From the NCBI GenBank assembly GCA_048939765.1, contig JBHLPF010000045.1:1-21536 (forward strand): a DNA stretch of 21,536 bases. The letters run 5' to 3'. Source of the DNA: Promethearchaeota archaeon. Lineage in GTDB: Archaea > Asgardarchaeota > Thorarchaeia > Thorarchaeales > Thorarchaeaceae. Positions 8,618 through 16,966 of the stretch are shown piece after piece. The notes below the pieces were generated by a model, which searched no databases, was not told the DNA's origin, and saw nothing but the letters and a program-made list of their open reading frames with translations. The first letter of the stretch is position 1; each line of letters begins with the position of its first letter. Made by a program: the position numbers and the translations under genes.

Positions 8618-8908
8618 ATGACCGAGGTCTTTGTCAAACTCATGAATAAAGGGCTCAAGTCCCATGAGCACGACAAATTCAGCTTTGAAACTCAAGATGG
8701 TGCTACAGTCAGAGACCTAATCGACGACCTCCGCGAATCTTATGGGGAGAGGTTCGAGCCATACCTTGAAGAGAAAGGCAGCGGGAAGCTCCGAAGAGAT
8801 GCGATTGTCATTGTGAACGGCAAGAATATGGTGGCACATCAAGGAGAAAGGACAGAGCTTTCTCACGGAGACCTCGTTGTATTCATGATTGCTGCGGTTG
8901 GAGGATAG
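8618..8908 (+). CDS. MoaD/ThiS/SAMP-like ubiquitin-fold protein
   Basis: Motifs TVRDLI..L, IVIVNGKN, L..GDLV and C-terminal AVGG-stop. ATG 8618 follows GGAGGT. The ORF-track start at 8543 is probably too long. Confidence 0.9.
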   Translation: MTEVFVKLMNKGLKSHEHDKFSFETQDGATVRDLIDDLRESYGERFEPYLEEKGSGKLRRDAIVIVNGKNMVAHQGERTELSHGDLVVFMIAAVGG

Positions 8909-8916
8909 TCTACAAA

Positions 8917-10110
8917 TCAATCCTCAGGAAAATAATCAGAGTCGAGTATCGCCTTATCTACAATTCCCGCCGCGACAGCTACAAGTTCTGCGACATCCAA
9001 AACTCTCGCTTCAATATCAGCCGCATAGGTGCCATGAGTAAGATTCATCTCGCAGGCAGGGCAGATTGTGGTGAGGAGGTCGGCATTGGTTGCGATGAAG
9101 TCGCCGATACGTTCCTTTGCAACCTTGTTGGAATGATCCTCGTACATGATTTTGACCCCTCCACCGCCGCCGCAGCAAAATGCTTCCTCGCGATTTCGCC
9201 TCATCTCAATTAGCTCTGCCCCGGGTAGCGCATTGAGGACAGTCCGTCCAGGGTCGTATAATCCGCGGAGTCTTCCAATTTCACACGGATCATGATAGGT
9301 CACTTTCTTATCAATTGGAACCTTGAACTTGAGTTTCTTTTCTTCCACGATCTCCTGAAGGACCTCGCTGGTATGCCTGACTCGGAATGGAACCTCCTTT
9401 CCTAGCAACTTTGGATATTCCTCATCAAGCGCTCTAAAGCAGCTGGGGCAGGGAGTGATTATCTCTCGTATTCCTAGCTCGACCAGCATGTTGACGAAAT
9501 CTTCTGCATTGCCTTTTGCCTCAGAAACCTTGCCAGTTATCCAATAAGGTGTCCCGCAGCACCTCTGCTTCTCTCCAAGGAAGTTGAGTTCGTATCCCGC
9601 GGCCTGCAGTGTTTGTACAAGTATTCTGGTCTTCTCCTTGAATCGATGACTGGCCAAACAGCCAGGATAGAACAGGGTCTCGGCATCATCGATGAATGTC
9701 AGGCCTTCAGCCCACTTTATGTGCTCAGCAGGCGGATCGGCAAAGATATTCCCCGTATCCACAACAGTATCAGCCATTTTCGCTCCGTTTTCAGGAATCT
9801 CAATCCCTTTGTCGACAAAATCTGCTCTCATGGCTTTTGTGATATCAACGGTATTGATGTCCGCCGCCTTCTTACATTCCTCTTGACAACGACCACACAT
9901 GAAACATCCGAAAATCCGTTCAGCCATCTCCTCAGAGTAATCCAGCTTTCCCTCTAGAATACCTCGAGCAATGGCCATTCGGCCTCTCAGAGTCGATGAT
10001 TCCCAGTATTGAGTGAAGAGTTCGGGACATCGCTCATTGAAATCGGCTCCATGACACAGATTGCATCTCCCGCATGCATAGATCATGTTTCTGTAGTCTT
10101 CGATTCTCAT
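8917..10110 (-). CDS. Fe-S oxidoreductase, GlpC/GlcF/HdrD-like (two 4Fe-4S motifs plus two CCG domains)
   Basis: CGRCNLC...CP and CFMCGRCQEEC, then YPGC/CCG/TPCPSC and YHDPC/CCGGGGG/TICPAC. Confidence 0.93.
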   Translation of the reverse strand: MRIEDYRNMIYACGRCNLCHGADFNERCPELFTQYWESSTLRGRMAIARGILEGKLDYSEEMAERIFGCFMCGRCQEECKKAADINTVDITKAMRADFVDKGIEIPENGAKMADTVVDTGNIFADPPAEHIKWAEGLTFIDDAETLFYPGCLASHRFKEKTRILVQTLQAAGYELNFLGEKQRCCGTPYWITGKVSEAKGNAEDFVNMLVELGIREIITPCPSCFRALDEEYPKLLGKEVPFRVRHTSEVLQEIVEEKKLKFKVPIDKKVTYHDPCEIGRLRGLYDPGRTVLNALPGAELIEMRRNREEAFCCGGGGGVKIMYEDHSNKVAKERIGDFIATNADLLTTICPACEMNLTHGTYAADIEARVLDVAELVAVAAGIVDKAILDSDYFPED

Positions 10111-11496
10111 TCAGAACTCCTCCTCTGGGATGAATATGCCACGTTGTAGGATATTCTTGGGATCTAGTGTCCGTTTCAGCGTCTTCAGCAATCGATAGTA
10201 ACCCGTATCTCGTTCGGCAACGAATTGACGAAGCCCGTCTCGACCGCCAATACCGTATGGAACTACCGGCCCAGCCAGCACAATTTCATCTATTTCATCA
10301 CACATCTTGACAAGCTCATCCCATTCTTCAGGCTCTTTGTAGTTAGTAACCATGAAAGCCAACCATCTGCGCGGAAGCACCTGTCCGCCGAATCCAGCTC
10401 TAGTGTACCCCCTCTTCTCAATTACCTCTTCCTTCCAAACCCTATACAGGAAAGAGATGTCATCAATTCTCAATGAACCTGAGCCGAAGAAGTGCCAAAC
10501 ACCAGTCTTGAAGAGGTCAGTGAGCCCAGTCAGAATACGGCCATAGTAGTCATCAGCTGGAGCTCGGTCCCCAATCTCACCGCCTAACTCTTTGATCTTA
10601 TCCTCAATTCGTTTCTTGCGATGTGCGACAATTTCTTTCTCATACCCAAAGATATCCATCATCAAGAAGAACACGTCAGGAGCGGTTGGATCAACCCACA
10701 GGTAGATTCCTTGAAGAAACTCATCACCAACATGCCGATTGATGAAATGCCCAAACTCAATCACCTCATCTAGCGTTGGCATAACTGCTGTCAATCGCTC
10801 GCTAATATCGACCGCAGGACGAATTCGTAGTGTTAATTCGGTACAGATTCCAAGGATTCCCTCTGCACCGATGAACATTCCAGCTAGGTCCGGTCCAAGG
10901 CATTGACGCTCAAACTTCCCTGCACTTGGCCAAGCTGCACTGCCCGTTTCCACAACATCGCCATTGGGCAAGACCATCTCCAAAGTTATGACATCTTGGT
11001 TCCCATGGAATCCGAATTTCGCCGTGGAATGCGGCCCTCCTCCTGCTTTCATTACCGAGCCGCCTACAGTCATGGCAGGACCGCCAGCTTCACTGCACAG
11101 ATAGGTCAGACCTTTTTCGCGGAGCTCTTGGTCAAGCTTGGCCCAAGTACAATTGGGTTGAACAGTTGCTACAAGGTCTCTCTTGTTTATGTCAATAATC
11201 TTGTTCATCCTACGCAAGTCTAGCATAATGCTTGGACCCGATACCTGAGGGAGAAAAGCATCCCAATGTGAGGTGCCCCCGCCGCGAACATATACCGGAA
11301 CATCAATATCATTGGCAATCCTCAAAACATCTTGAATCTCCTCGCGTGTTTCTGGCATCACTACGTGGCTTGGCATCTTTTGTTTCGCAGGACTAAGGTC
11401 TCTGCTGTATGGGATGATATCAAAGTCCTTGTCGGTTACCCTGTCGGAACCAACAACATTGACGAGAAGCTCTGTGATCTTCTTCATATCGACCAT
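10111..11496 (-). CDS. FAD-binding oxidoreductase, GlcD/Dld (VAO/PCMH) family
   Basis: P..VV.P.T.EE, VRGGGTS, LDLRRMNKI, TVGG, LEMVLPNG, GAEGILGI.TE, LK..LDPKNIL. ATG 11496 follows GGAGGT; the ORF track starts at 11526. Confidence 0.92.
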   Translation of the reverse strand: MVDMKKITELLVNVVGSDRVTDKDFDIIPYSRDLSPAKQKMPSHVVMPETREEIQDVLRIANDIDVPVYVRGGGTSHWDAFLPQVSGPSIMLDLRRMNKIIDINKRDLVATVQPNCTWAKLDQELREKGLTYLCSEAGGPAMTVGGSVMKAGGGPHSTAKFGFHGNQDVITLEMVLPNGDVVETGSAAWPSAGKFERQCLGPDLAGMFIGAEGILGICTELTLRIRPAVDISERLTAVMPTLDEVIEFGHFINRHVGDEFLQGIYLWVDPTAPDVFFLMMDIFGYEKEIVAHRKKRIEDKIKELGGEIGDRAPADDYYGRILTGLTDLFKTGVWHFFGSGSLRIDDISFLYRVWKEEVIEKRGYTRAGFGGQVLPRRWLAFMVTNYKEPEEWDELVKMCDEIDEIVLAGPVVPYGIGGRDGLRQFVAERDTGYYRLLKTLKRTLDPKNILQRGIFIPEEEF

Positions 11497-11641
11497 ATTC
11501 TGACCTCCGGCTAGAGAAACGGACATCGAATTCCGGCATTTAACGAGTAGGTGTGGACTGGGATTAATTAAGCACTCCGGTTTAAACTAGCTTAAAGCAC
11601 CAAACTGACTAATTTGCCATGGTCCTGACTTCTACGCTTCA

Positions 11642-11666
11642 TAGTCCCAATGAAGGAAAGGGACTA
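11642..11666 (-). terminator. Possible hairpin after the V4R-like gene
   Basis: TAGTCCC-N11-GGGACTA immediately after the stop at 11668, with no clear U-tract. Confidence 0.35.
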
Positions 11667-11667
11667 C

Positions 11668-12138
11668 TTACTTCTGCCATCTATAGATGCAGTGGTCATC
11701 TCCACGCATCATGCAAAGAGGGATGGTCATGGTGAGATCTGAGTCAACTGCCTGAGCAATGCCTTCATCAATCTTGCACACCCAATGGCAGATGTCTTCA
11801 TTTGCACCCTTTGCTCGGAAAGTGTCAATCCATGGACATGCCGTGACTTTGAGGTCAAGCACTCTATCTGATATATCAGCAATCTCCAATTCAAATCCGA
11901 AAAAGGGATGAGCAGCAGCAAAGAAGTCGTATATTGACCGAAGATCACCTTTTCTGAGGCCACCGCTCTTGAGACCATCCTCTCCTAATTCGATGCCATG
12001 AAGACGGTTTGCCTCGCCAAGTGCCTCAAGCCCTTTCTCACCGAATTGTTTCCTCACTGTTTCAACGTAGACAGTGTGTGCAGCAGCCACTGTAGACATG
12101 CCAACTTTTCTGACATCATCTGCTGATGGTTCTTCCAT
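11668..12138 (-). CDS. Small V4R / L-2-amino-thiazoline-4-carboxylate-hydrolase-like protein, copy 1
   Basis: Cys pattern VTACPW...ICHWVCKID...CMMRGDDHC. ATG 12138 follows GGAG; the ORF track starts at GTG 12147. Confidence 0.75.
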   Translation of the reverse strand: MEEPSADDVRKVGMSTVAAAHTVYVETVRKQFGEKGLEALGEANRLHGIELGEDGLKSGGLRKGDLRSIYDFFAAAHPFFGFELEIADISDRVLDLKVTACPWIDTFRAKGANEDICHWVCKIDEGIAQAVDSDLTMTIPLCMMRGDDHCIYRWQK

Positions 12139-12160
12139 ATTCAACACTCCTTCGTCTCTT

Positions 12161-13600
12161 CTATTTTCCTTTGGCTCGCTTTTCTATAATCTTACGCATC
12201 TCTGCTTCAACATCTTTGCCAAGAGGCTCAACCTCATGACTGGAGAGAATCTCTATGACTTGTTCTTTTGCTCTTTGGAACATGTCTTTTGAGCCTCTCT
12301 TCTCCCACTCAGGTCGAGAGGCCCTCTCTGTTAGTATAGGTTGCCAATGCTCCTCTAGAAGATGCTTCTTTGTAAATCTCAATGCCTCCGGCGTATTGAG
12401 ATAGTTCCTCTCATGTCCAACTGCAGCTATAATCTCTGCAGCAAGTGTTTCCTTTGTAATACGCATTCCCTTGGCAATACGCTTTATGGCACTGCAGATT
12501 TCGTTGCTAATGCCGAACATCTCATAGCTTGCAGTGACTCCTGCCTCCACTATTCCATACACCGCATCATGAACAACATCAGCACCGGCCAAAGTTGCTA
12601 CTAGCACATTGATTGTGTTCTCGTAGACAGCTTGATGATCAGGAATCTTTGAATCAATGACTCCTGCTGCACCATAGTAAGGTATGCCATAGTATCTTGC
12701 CATTTGTGAAAATGCTGCGTGAATTAATCCATTCTCTGGCGATCCATAGGCCGCCGTACCATATCTCTGGTCCAGGATTGTTGCACATGACCCCCACATG
12801 ATTGGAGTTCCGGGCCCTACAAGCTGTGTTAGCACCACTATCACATGGTTCTCGACTATCCCTTGCACTATCGTACCTGCCAACGTGACTGGAGCACTCG
12901 CGCTGGCAAGCGCTCCAGTGCTGATGTCAAATGGAATCCTGTATTTTGCACATTCCAGGATCATATCAATGATTTCTGGAGTGTACTTCAGTGGTGGGAC
13001 ATTATTGAATCCTGTATCAATGAAAGATGGATTCTTGATGAACTCCTCTTTGCCCCCAGCCGCAATCATTGACATTTTGATCACGTCTCTCCAACCCTGG
13101 GGAGTCAATGCGACCAGACTGAGGTGCTTCTCAGCATTCTTGAACATGGCCAAGGCCATTTCTTGTTCCCAGACGGTTTTGGACACATCTTGTGGAAGAA
13201 TGTTTGGCTTGATGTAGTCTACAGTGGGAAAGTAATCTGCAAGAAGTGTGAACTCCTCTAGATCCTTCAACGTGGATAGTCTTCGTTCACCCGTTTCCAG
13301 ATCAATAGTATAATGAGCTCCAAAAGCATTCGTATAATATGACGCCCCATCCCCAATCACGAAATTATACTTCGGGTTTCGAGATGCCATCAAATGCCTT
13401 CCAGGTGATTTCTGCAAAGCATCCTGCAACAGGCTCTCAGGAATCTTTACTACTTTGGACTTTTCCTCTACATCAGCTCCTGCATCCCCGAGAAGTTTCA
13501 GTGCCTTGTCATGTTGGACCATAACACCAACATTCTCAAGAACTTCCATCGCTGCAACATGGATGTCGGATATCTCGTTTCTACCTAGCAAATTAAACAT
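12161..13600 (-). CDS. mttB: Trimethylamine methyltransferase (MttB) superfamily protein, pyrrolysine-free
   Basis: IH.AA.EVLE.VG, GERR.STL.D, SAPVTLAGTIVQ..E, PGTP..WG, YGSPE, ARYYGIP, DSK.PD.QA.YE. No in-frame TAG. ATG 13600 follows GGAGGA; the ORF track starts at TTG 13621. The symbol denotes the family, not the substrate. Confidence 0.93.
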   Translation of the reverse strand: MFNLLGRNEISDIHVAAMEVLENVGVMVQHDKALKLLGDAGADVEEKSKVVKIPESLLQDALQKSPGRHLMASRNPKYNFVIGDGASYYTNAFGAHYTIDLETGERRLSTLKDLEEFTLLADYFPTVDYIKPNILPQDVSKTVWEQEMALAMFKNAEKHLSLVALTPQGWRDVIKMSMIAAGGKEEFIKNPSFIDTGFNNVPPLKYTPEIIDMILECAKYRIPFDISTGALASASAPVTLAGTIVQGIVENHVIVVLTQLVGPGTPIMWGSCATILDQRYGTAAYGSPENGLIHAAFSQMARYYGIPYYGAAGVIDSKIPDHQAVYENTINVLVATLAGADVVHDAVYGIVEAGVTASYEMFGISNEICSAIKRIAKGMRITKETLAAEIIAAVGHERNYLNTPEALRFTKKHLLEEHWQPILTERASRPEWEKRGSKDMFQRAKEQVIEILSSHEVEPLGKDVEAEMRKIIEKRAKGK

Positions 13601-13617
13601 GCGATTCTTCCTCCAAT

Positions 13618-14268
13618 TCAATTCGCGCCTACCAGCTTCTTCACGAGTTCAACTGCACTTACTGCATCTCCCGCCCAGCCATCAGCTCCTATTTCGATTG
13701 CCCACTCATTGGTTGTGGGTGCCCCTCCAATAATGACTTGCACCTTTTCCTTCAGTCCAGCATCGATGAGCTTCTCAATAACCTCTTTTTGTGCCGGCAT
13801 CGTAGCTGTAAGAAGAGAAGACAGGCCGAGGATGTCGGGTTTATGTTCCTTCACCTTATCGATGAATACTTCCGAGGCGACGTCCTCACCAACATTGATC
13901 ACTTCAAAGCCCTCTGCTTCTAGAAGTGTAGCAACAATATCCTTGCCGATGCTATGGATATCACCTGCGACTGTGCCAAGCAAGACCTTTCCAAGTGTCT
14001 TCATCTCAGCGTTGGATGCTTTAATCTCTGGCAGTAAGACCGTCATCCCCGCCTTCATAGCATCGCCGGCCATGATTAGCTCGACCAGAAAGACATCACC
14101 TCTGCTGAACTTGTCTCCAACTTTCTTCACGCCTTTTGCCAGTCCATTTGTGATGGCTTCGAGTGGGGGGATGTTTTGCTCTAATGATTTCTTTGCGAGA
14201 TTCTTGCATTGGTCAGAATCTCCTTCAATGACAGCGTTTTCCAAATCCTCGAATATTGAGGGACTCAT
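13618..14268 (-). CDS. Methyltransferase cognate corrinoid (B12-binding) protein, MttC/MtbC-like
   Basis: N-terminal cap domain (GL..G...VGD.F..G..FL.EL), DxHxxG motif (GDIHSIGK), SSLLT and IIGGAP. ATG 14268 follows AGGAGGA. An in-frame ATG at 14346 is an alternative start. Confidence 0.95.
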   Translation of the reverse strand: MSPSIFEDLENAVIEGDSDQCKNLAKKSLEQNIPPLEAITNGLAKGVKKVGDKFSRGDVFLVELIMAGDAMKAGMTVLLPEIKASNAEMKTLGKVLLGTVAGDIHSIGKDIVATLLEAEGFEVINVGEDVASEVFIDKVKEHKPDILGLSSLLTATMPAQKEVIEKLIDAGLKEKVQVIIGGAPTTNEWAIEIGADGWAGDAVSAVELVKKLVGAN

Positions 14269-14293
14269 GTCGTTTCTCCTCCTGTAAGTGACA

Positions 14294-14332
14294 CAAGCAT
14301 GAATGCACACAACATGGTGCATAACTTGCTTG
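14294..14332 (-). promoter_or_regulatory. Extended inverted repeat / leader hairpin upstream of the corrinoid operon
   Basis: CAAGCA (14294-14299) pairs with TGCTTG (14327-14332), enclosing ATGCAC (14303-14308) / GTGCAT (14317-14322). Confidence 0.5.
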
Positions 14333-14447
14333 AACGCTTCACGCATCTCGGCCTAGAATTTGCCGGTCTTATATCTCTAGCCGTTCTTCTTTAACAAGGG
14401 ACTCTATCCTCGATTTAACTCCTATTATAATCACGATGCTTCAGTTT

Positions 14448-14485
14448 GAAAAAAAGAAAGGGAAGCCTGAGGTGATCCTCAGGCT
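14448..14485 (-). terminator. Hairpin plus U-tract terminator of APC permease B
   Basis: AGCCTGAGG-tgat-CCTCAGGCT perfect 9-bp stem (14464-14485). On the minus strand it is followed by TCCCTTTCTTTTTTT. Confidence 0.78.
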
Positions 14486-14494
14486 ATGGAGGAT

Positions 14495-16075
14495 CTACTC
14501 AGGTGATAGTGACGTGTATATTGCTTCGAGTTCTATGTTCTGCTTCTGTAACCGCCGTGCAAAATACACAAACCATAACGCCGAGAATCCATATTGCACG
14601 CACATCGAGATAATCGACAGGAATGCCGCTCCTTGGAAGAATCCAATCAGCAGGAATAACGCCAGTGGTAATATGATTACTCCAAGTAGCGAAACCAAGG
14701 CAAATCCCGCGATTTCAGGTTGCGCTCTTATACTCCCTTCATATAACGGCCGCCGCATGAAGGGCAATTGTAACGCAGCCATTGACTGGAATATCATCTC
14801 TATGCCCCACAGTCCCACCAGTGAAGTGACAACGGCCAAGAAGCCACTAAGGTTTGGAACTGCATAAGCAAATGCAAACGGAGCACCAAAGATAAAGTAG
14901 TATAGAATTGCATAGGTCGGTGTGTGATACTTCGAGAGCTTGCCAAAGATTGATGGCATCATTCTGTCAAGCGATGCCTCGAAGAATCCTCTCGTGACCC
15001 ATGCCATGTTGATTGGAGTAGCTGTGAGTCCAATGACTACTGGCGATAGTAATATCCATCCAGAAATTAACGGATTCGCAGCTAACACCGCAGTGAATGT
15101 CCCTAAGCCTCCTTGGAAGACACCCGTTTGTGTCAAATTGCCTGATGCTGCCGCCACACCATATTCACTAGAGAAAGTCCCAAAGACCCCTTGGAATAGT
15201 CCAGCACCTGCTGCTAACAATCCAGCTAGAATGAGCCCACCCAGAAGCTGTGAGATCACTAGGTTCTTTGCCGGATCTGAAACCTCTCCACCATAAAGCA
15301 GGATAAGATATGGCCACGTTAAGCCTATGGGCCACACCGTTGCCAACAGTGTCATTTCTATGCTAAACGCCGGCGCCGCATACCCTGCAGCAGCGGCCAC
15401 TGTTTGCACTTCTGCGTATGCTCCTGCACCCCAAACTGCATCCCAGCGGCCTTGAACAGCAGTTGTGGGAGTACCGAGGAGTACGAAGAGTGCCATTATC
15501 CATCCTATTGTGGAGAACACTCCTCCCGCCATCTGTATCCTGGGTTCCATCTTGAGTAATGGCCCAAAGTATGCAATTACTGAGAATAATGCCATTAATA
15601 GAATCGAGATAGTAACAAGCACCATCGGGCTCTGTGTGGAGAAGGTGGTCCCGAGTCCTTGCATTGCGGCATTATTTGTGACTGCACCCCACTGAGCGAA
15701 TGCAGCGCCCAGGAATACAAGAAAGAGGTAGAATTCACTTGTCTTTATGATGGGATTAGCTATTATTCCACGCCAAACCGCAATTGTCCCTGCAACTGGA
15801 TTGAATCCTCTAGCAGAGATTTGGTATAAGCCAGAAGAACGAGGCATGGCCATAGACAGGAGTGTCATCATGAGGGTATACAGGAGCATGAAGAACATAC
15901 CGATTCCCCATGTCATGCCAGCATTGATACCCGGATACATATCCTGTAGAATGCCAACAAATAGCCATTGATACGTTCCTAGACTTGCACCAATGATTGC
16001 GAACAGAGAGGTCCATGTACCGAAATACTTGGTCAGCCCTGAGGTTGGCCTTAGAAAGAGCACTTCTTGTGACAT
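14495..16075 (-). CDS. APC-superfamily amino acid/amine permease, copy B
   Basis: Polytopic membrane protein. LFLRPTSGLTK, AMPRSSG, GGEVSDP, SLDRMMP..FGKL.KYHTP and C-terminal LSPE. Shares WPY.I and WVTR with copy A. Confidence 0.93.
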   Translation of the reverse strand: MSQEVLFLRPTSGLTKYFGTWTSLFAIIGASLGTYQWLFVGILQDMYPGINAGMTWGIGMFFMLLYTLMMTLLSMAMPRSSGLYQISARGFNPVAGTIAVWRGIIANPIIKTSEFYLFLVFLGAAFAQWGAVTNNAAMQGLGTTFSTQSPMVLVTISILLMALFSVIAYFGPLLKMEPRIQMAGGVFSTIGWIMALFVLLGTPTTAVQGRWDAVWGAGAYAEVQTVAAAAGYAAPAFSIEMTLLATVWPIGLTWPYLILLYGGEVSDPAKNLVISQLLGGLILAGLLAAGAGLFQGVFGTFSSEYGVAAASGNLTQTGVFQGGLGTFTAVLAANPLISGWILLSPVVIGLTATPINMAWVTRGFFEASLDRMMPSIFGKLSKYHTPTYAILYYFIFGAPFAFAYAVPNLSGFLAVVTSLVGLWGIEMIFQSMAALQLPFMRRPLYEGSIRAQPEIAGFALVSLLGVIILPLALFLLIGFFQGAAFLSIISMCVQYGFSALWFVYFARRLQKQNIELEAIYTSLSPE

Positions 16076-16250
16076 CTAATCTCTCCCTCTATTTCTTATG
16101 ACCTTCTCCGAACTTAAATCAGAGAAGATGAATCGCCAATGAAGGTGTCCCACGTAATAAGAGTTCCCGTCTTTATTTAATATGATGACTGTGATGTTTA
16201 AAGTCTATTAATAGTCCTTAGAATTTCAAAGCATGAGATATTAGGAGACT

Positions 16251-16943
16251 TCAGAAAGTAACCTTCACAAGGTAGTATTTCCGCCAGGGCCTGGGCGCCT
16301 TCACGACTTCGATGTGATTGTAGTCGACGAGCCCAATTCCAACCAGATGGTCATCAGGCTCTTCTTTCATTTCGTGCAGTGCCCGTCGCAGTTCATTTAT
16401 CAGCAGTTGGACTACGGATTTCAATTCCTCGACTCGAAGTTGCTGCGCCTCGGGATTATTCTCAAAGTATTCATCTATACTCTTCGCTATGCGGGCACCT
16501 ATTAATGACCGTCCAAGAAGCCCTATTACCATGGCAGAAAAAGCGATGATCATTACATATGGAGCAATCGCACTGATGATTGGAATGTTCGGTGCGATGA
16601 GGCCAACAATAAGCAGGACAAAGACAATAGGTATTGCAATCTGCCAGAATGCTTCCGTATATGACTGATAGCGTGCAAGACGAATTGTATACGGATTCGA
16701 AGTTGGACCCCGTGCCATCCTAATGAGCCTTCTACTCAGCTTCTTCCAGTTTTGTCCAAACGCCCGTCCAAGAGTGCCTTGTTCGACCATCTTCTCTACA
16801 AAACTGAGATTGTAGAAGATGTGAGACCGATAGGCATCAATGTGGTAGATTGCTTTTCGTAGATCATCGGTATCAATCTCACCTGATGGGGTTCTCTTCG
16901 CTTTCCCTTTTGGTCGCCCTCTTTCTCCGCTATCAATGGACAT
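16251..16943 (-). CDS. Uncharacterised two-TM membrane protein, copy B
   Basis: Hydrophobic hairpin IAIPIVFVLLIVGLIA / IAPYVMIIAFSAMVIGLLG. Aligns by eye with 3919..4626. Starts 23 bp after the phosphoesterase B stop. Confidence 0.85.
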   Translation of the reverse strand: MSIDSGERGRPKGKAKRTPSGEIDTDDLRKAIYHIDAYRSHIFYNLSFVEKMVEQGTLGRAFGQNWKKLSRRLIRMARGPTSNPYTIRLARYQSYTEAFWQIAIPIVFVLLIVGLIAPNIPIISAIAPYVMIIAFSAMVIGLLGRSLIGARIAKSIDEYFENNPEAQQLRVEELKSVVQLLINELRRALHEMKEEPDDHLVGIGLVDYNHIEVVKAPRPWRKYYLVKVTF

Positions 16944-16966
16944 CCTAATTCACCCTCTTAAATATA

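Noticed and set aside
12147-12163. Amber stop of mttB as a pyrrolysine readthrough into the next gene
   Set aside because: The TAG is at the natural C-terminus, the next gene is in a different frame, and readthrough would stop after a few codons.
13709-14287. Long antisense ORFs (also 3128-3637, 12798-13217, 14436-14867, 20599-21135, 235-486 and the other short ORFs)
   Set aside because: They lie opposite or inside well-supported genes, lack motifs and have shadow-ORF composition.
14294-14332. SECIS-like look (ATGA...AA) of the hairpin on the plus strand
   Set aside because: It is antisense to the genes, the upper stem is too short, the 3' GA is missing, and no in-frame UGA was seen at a Cys position nearby.
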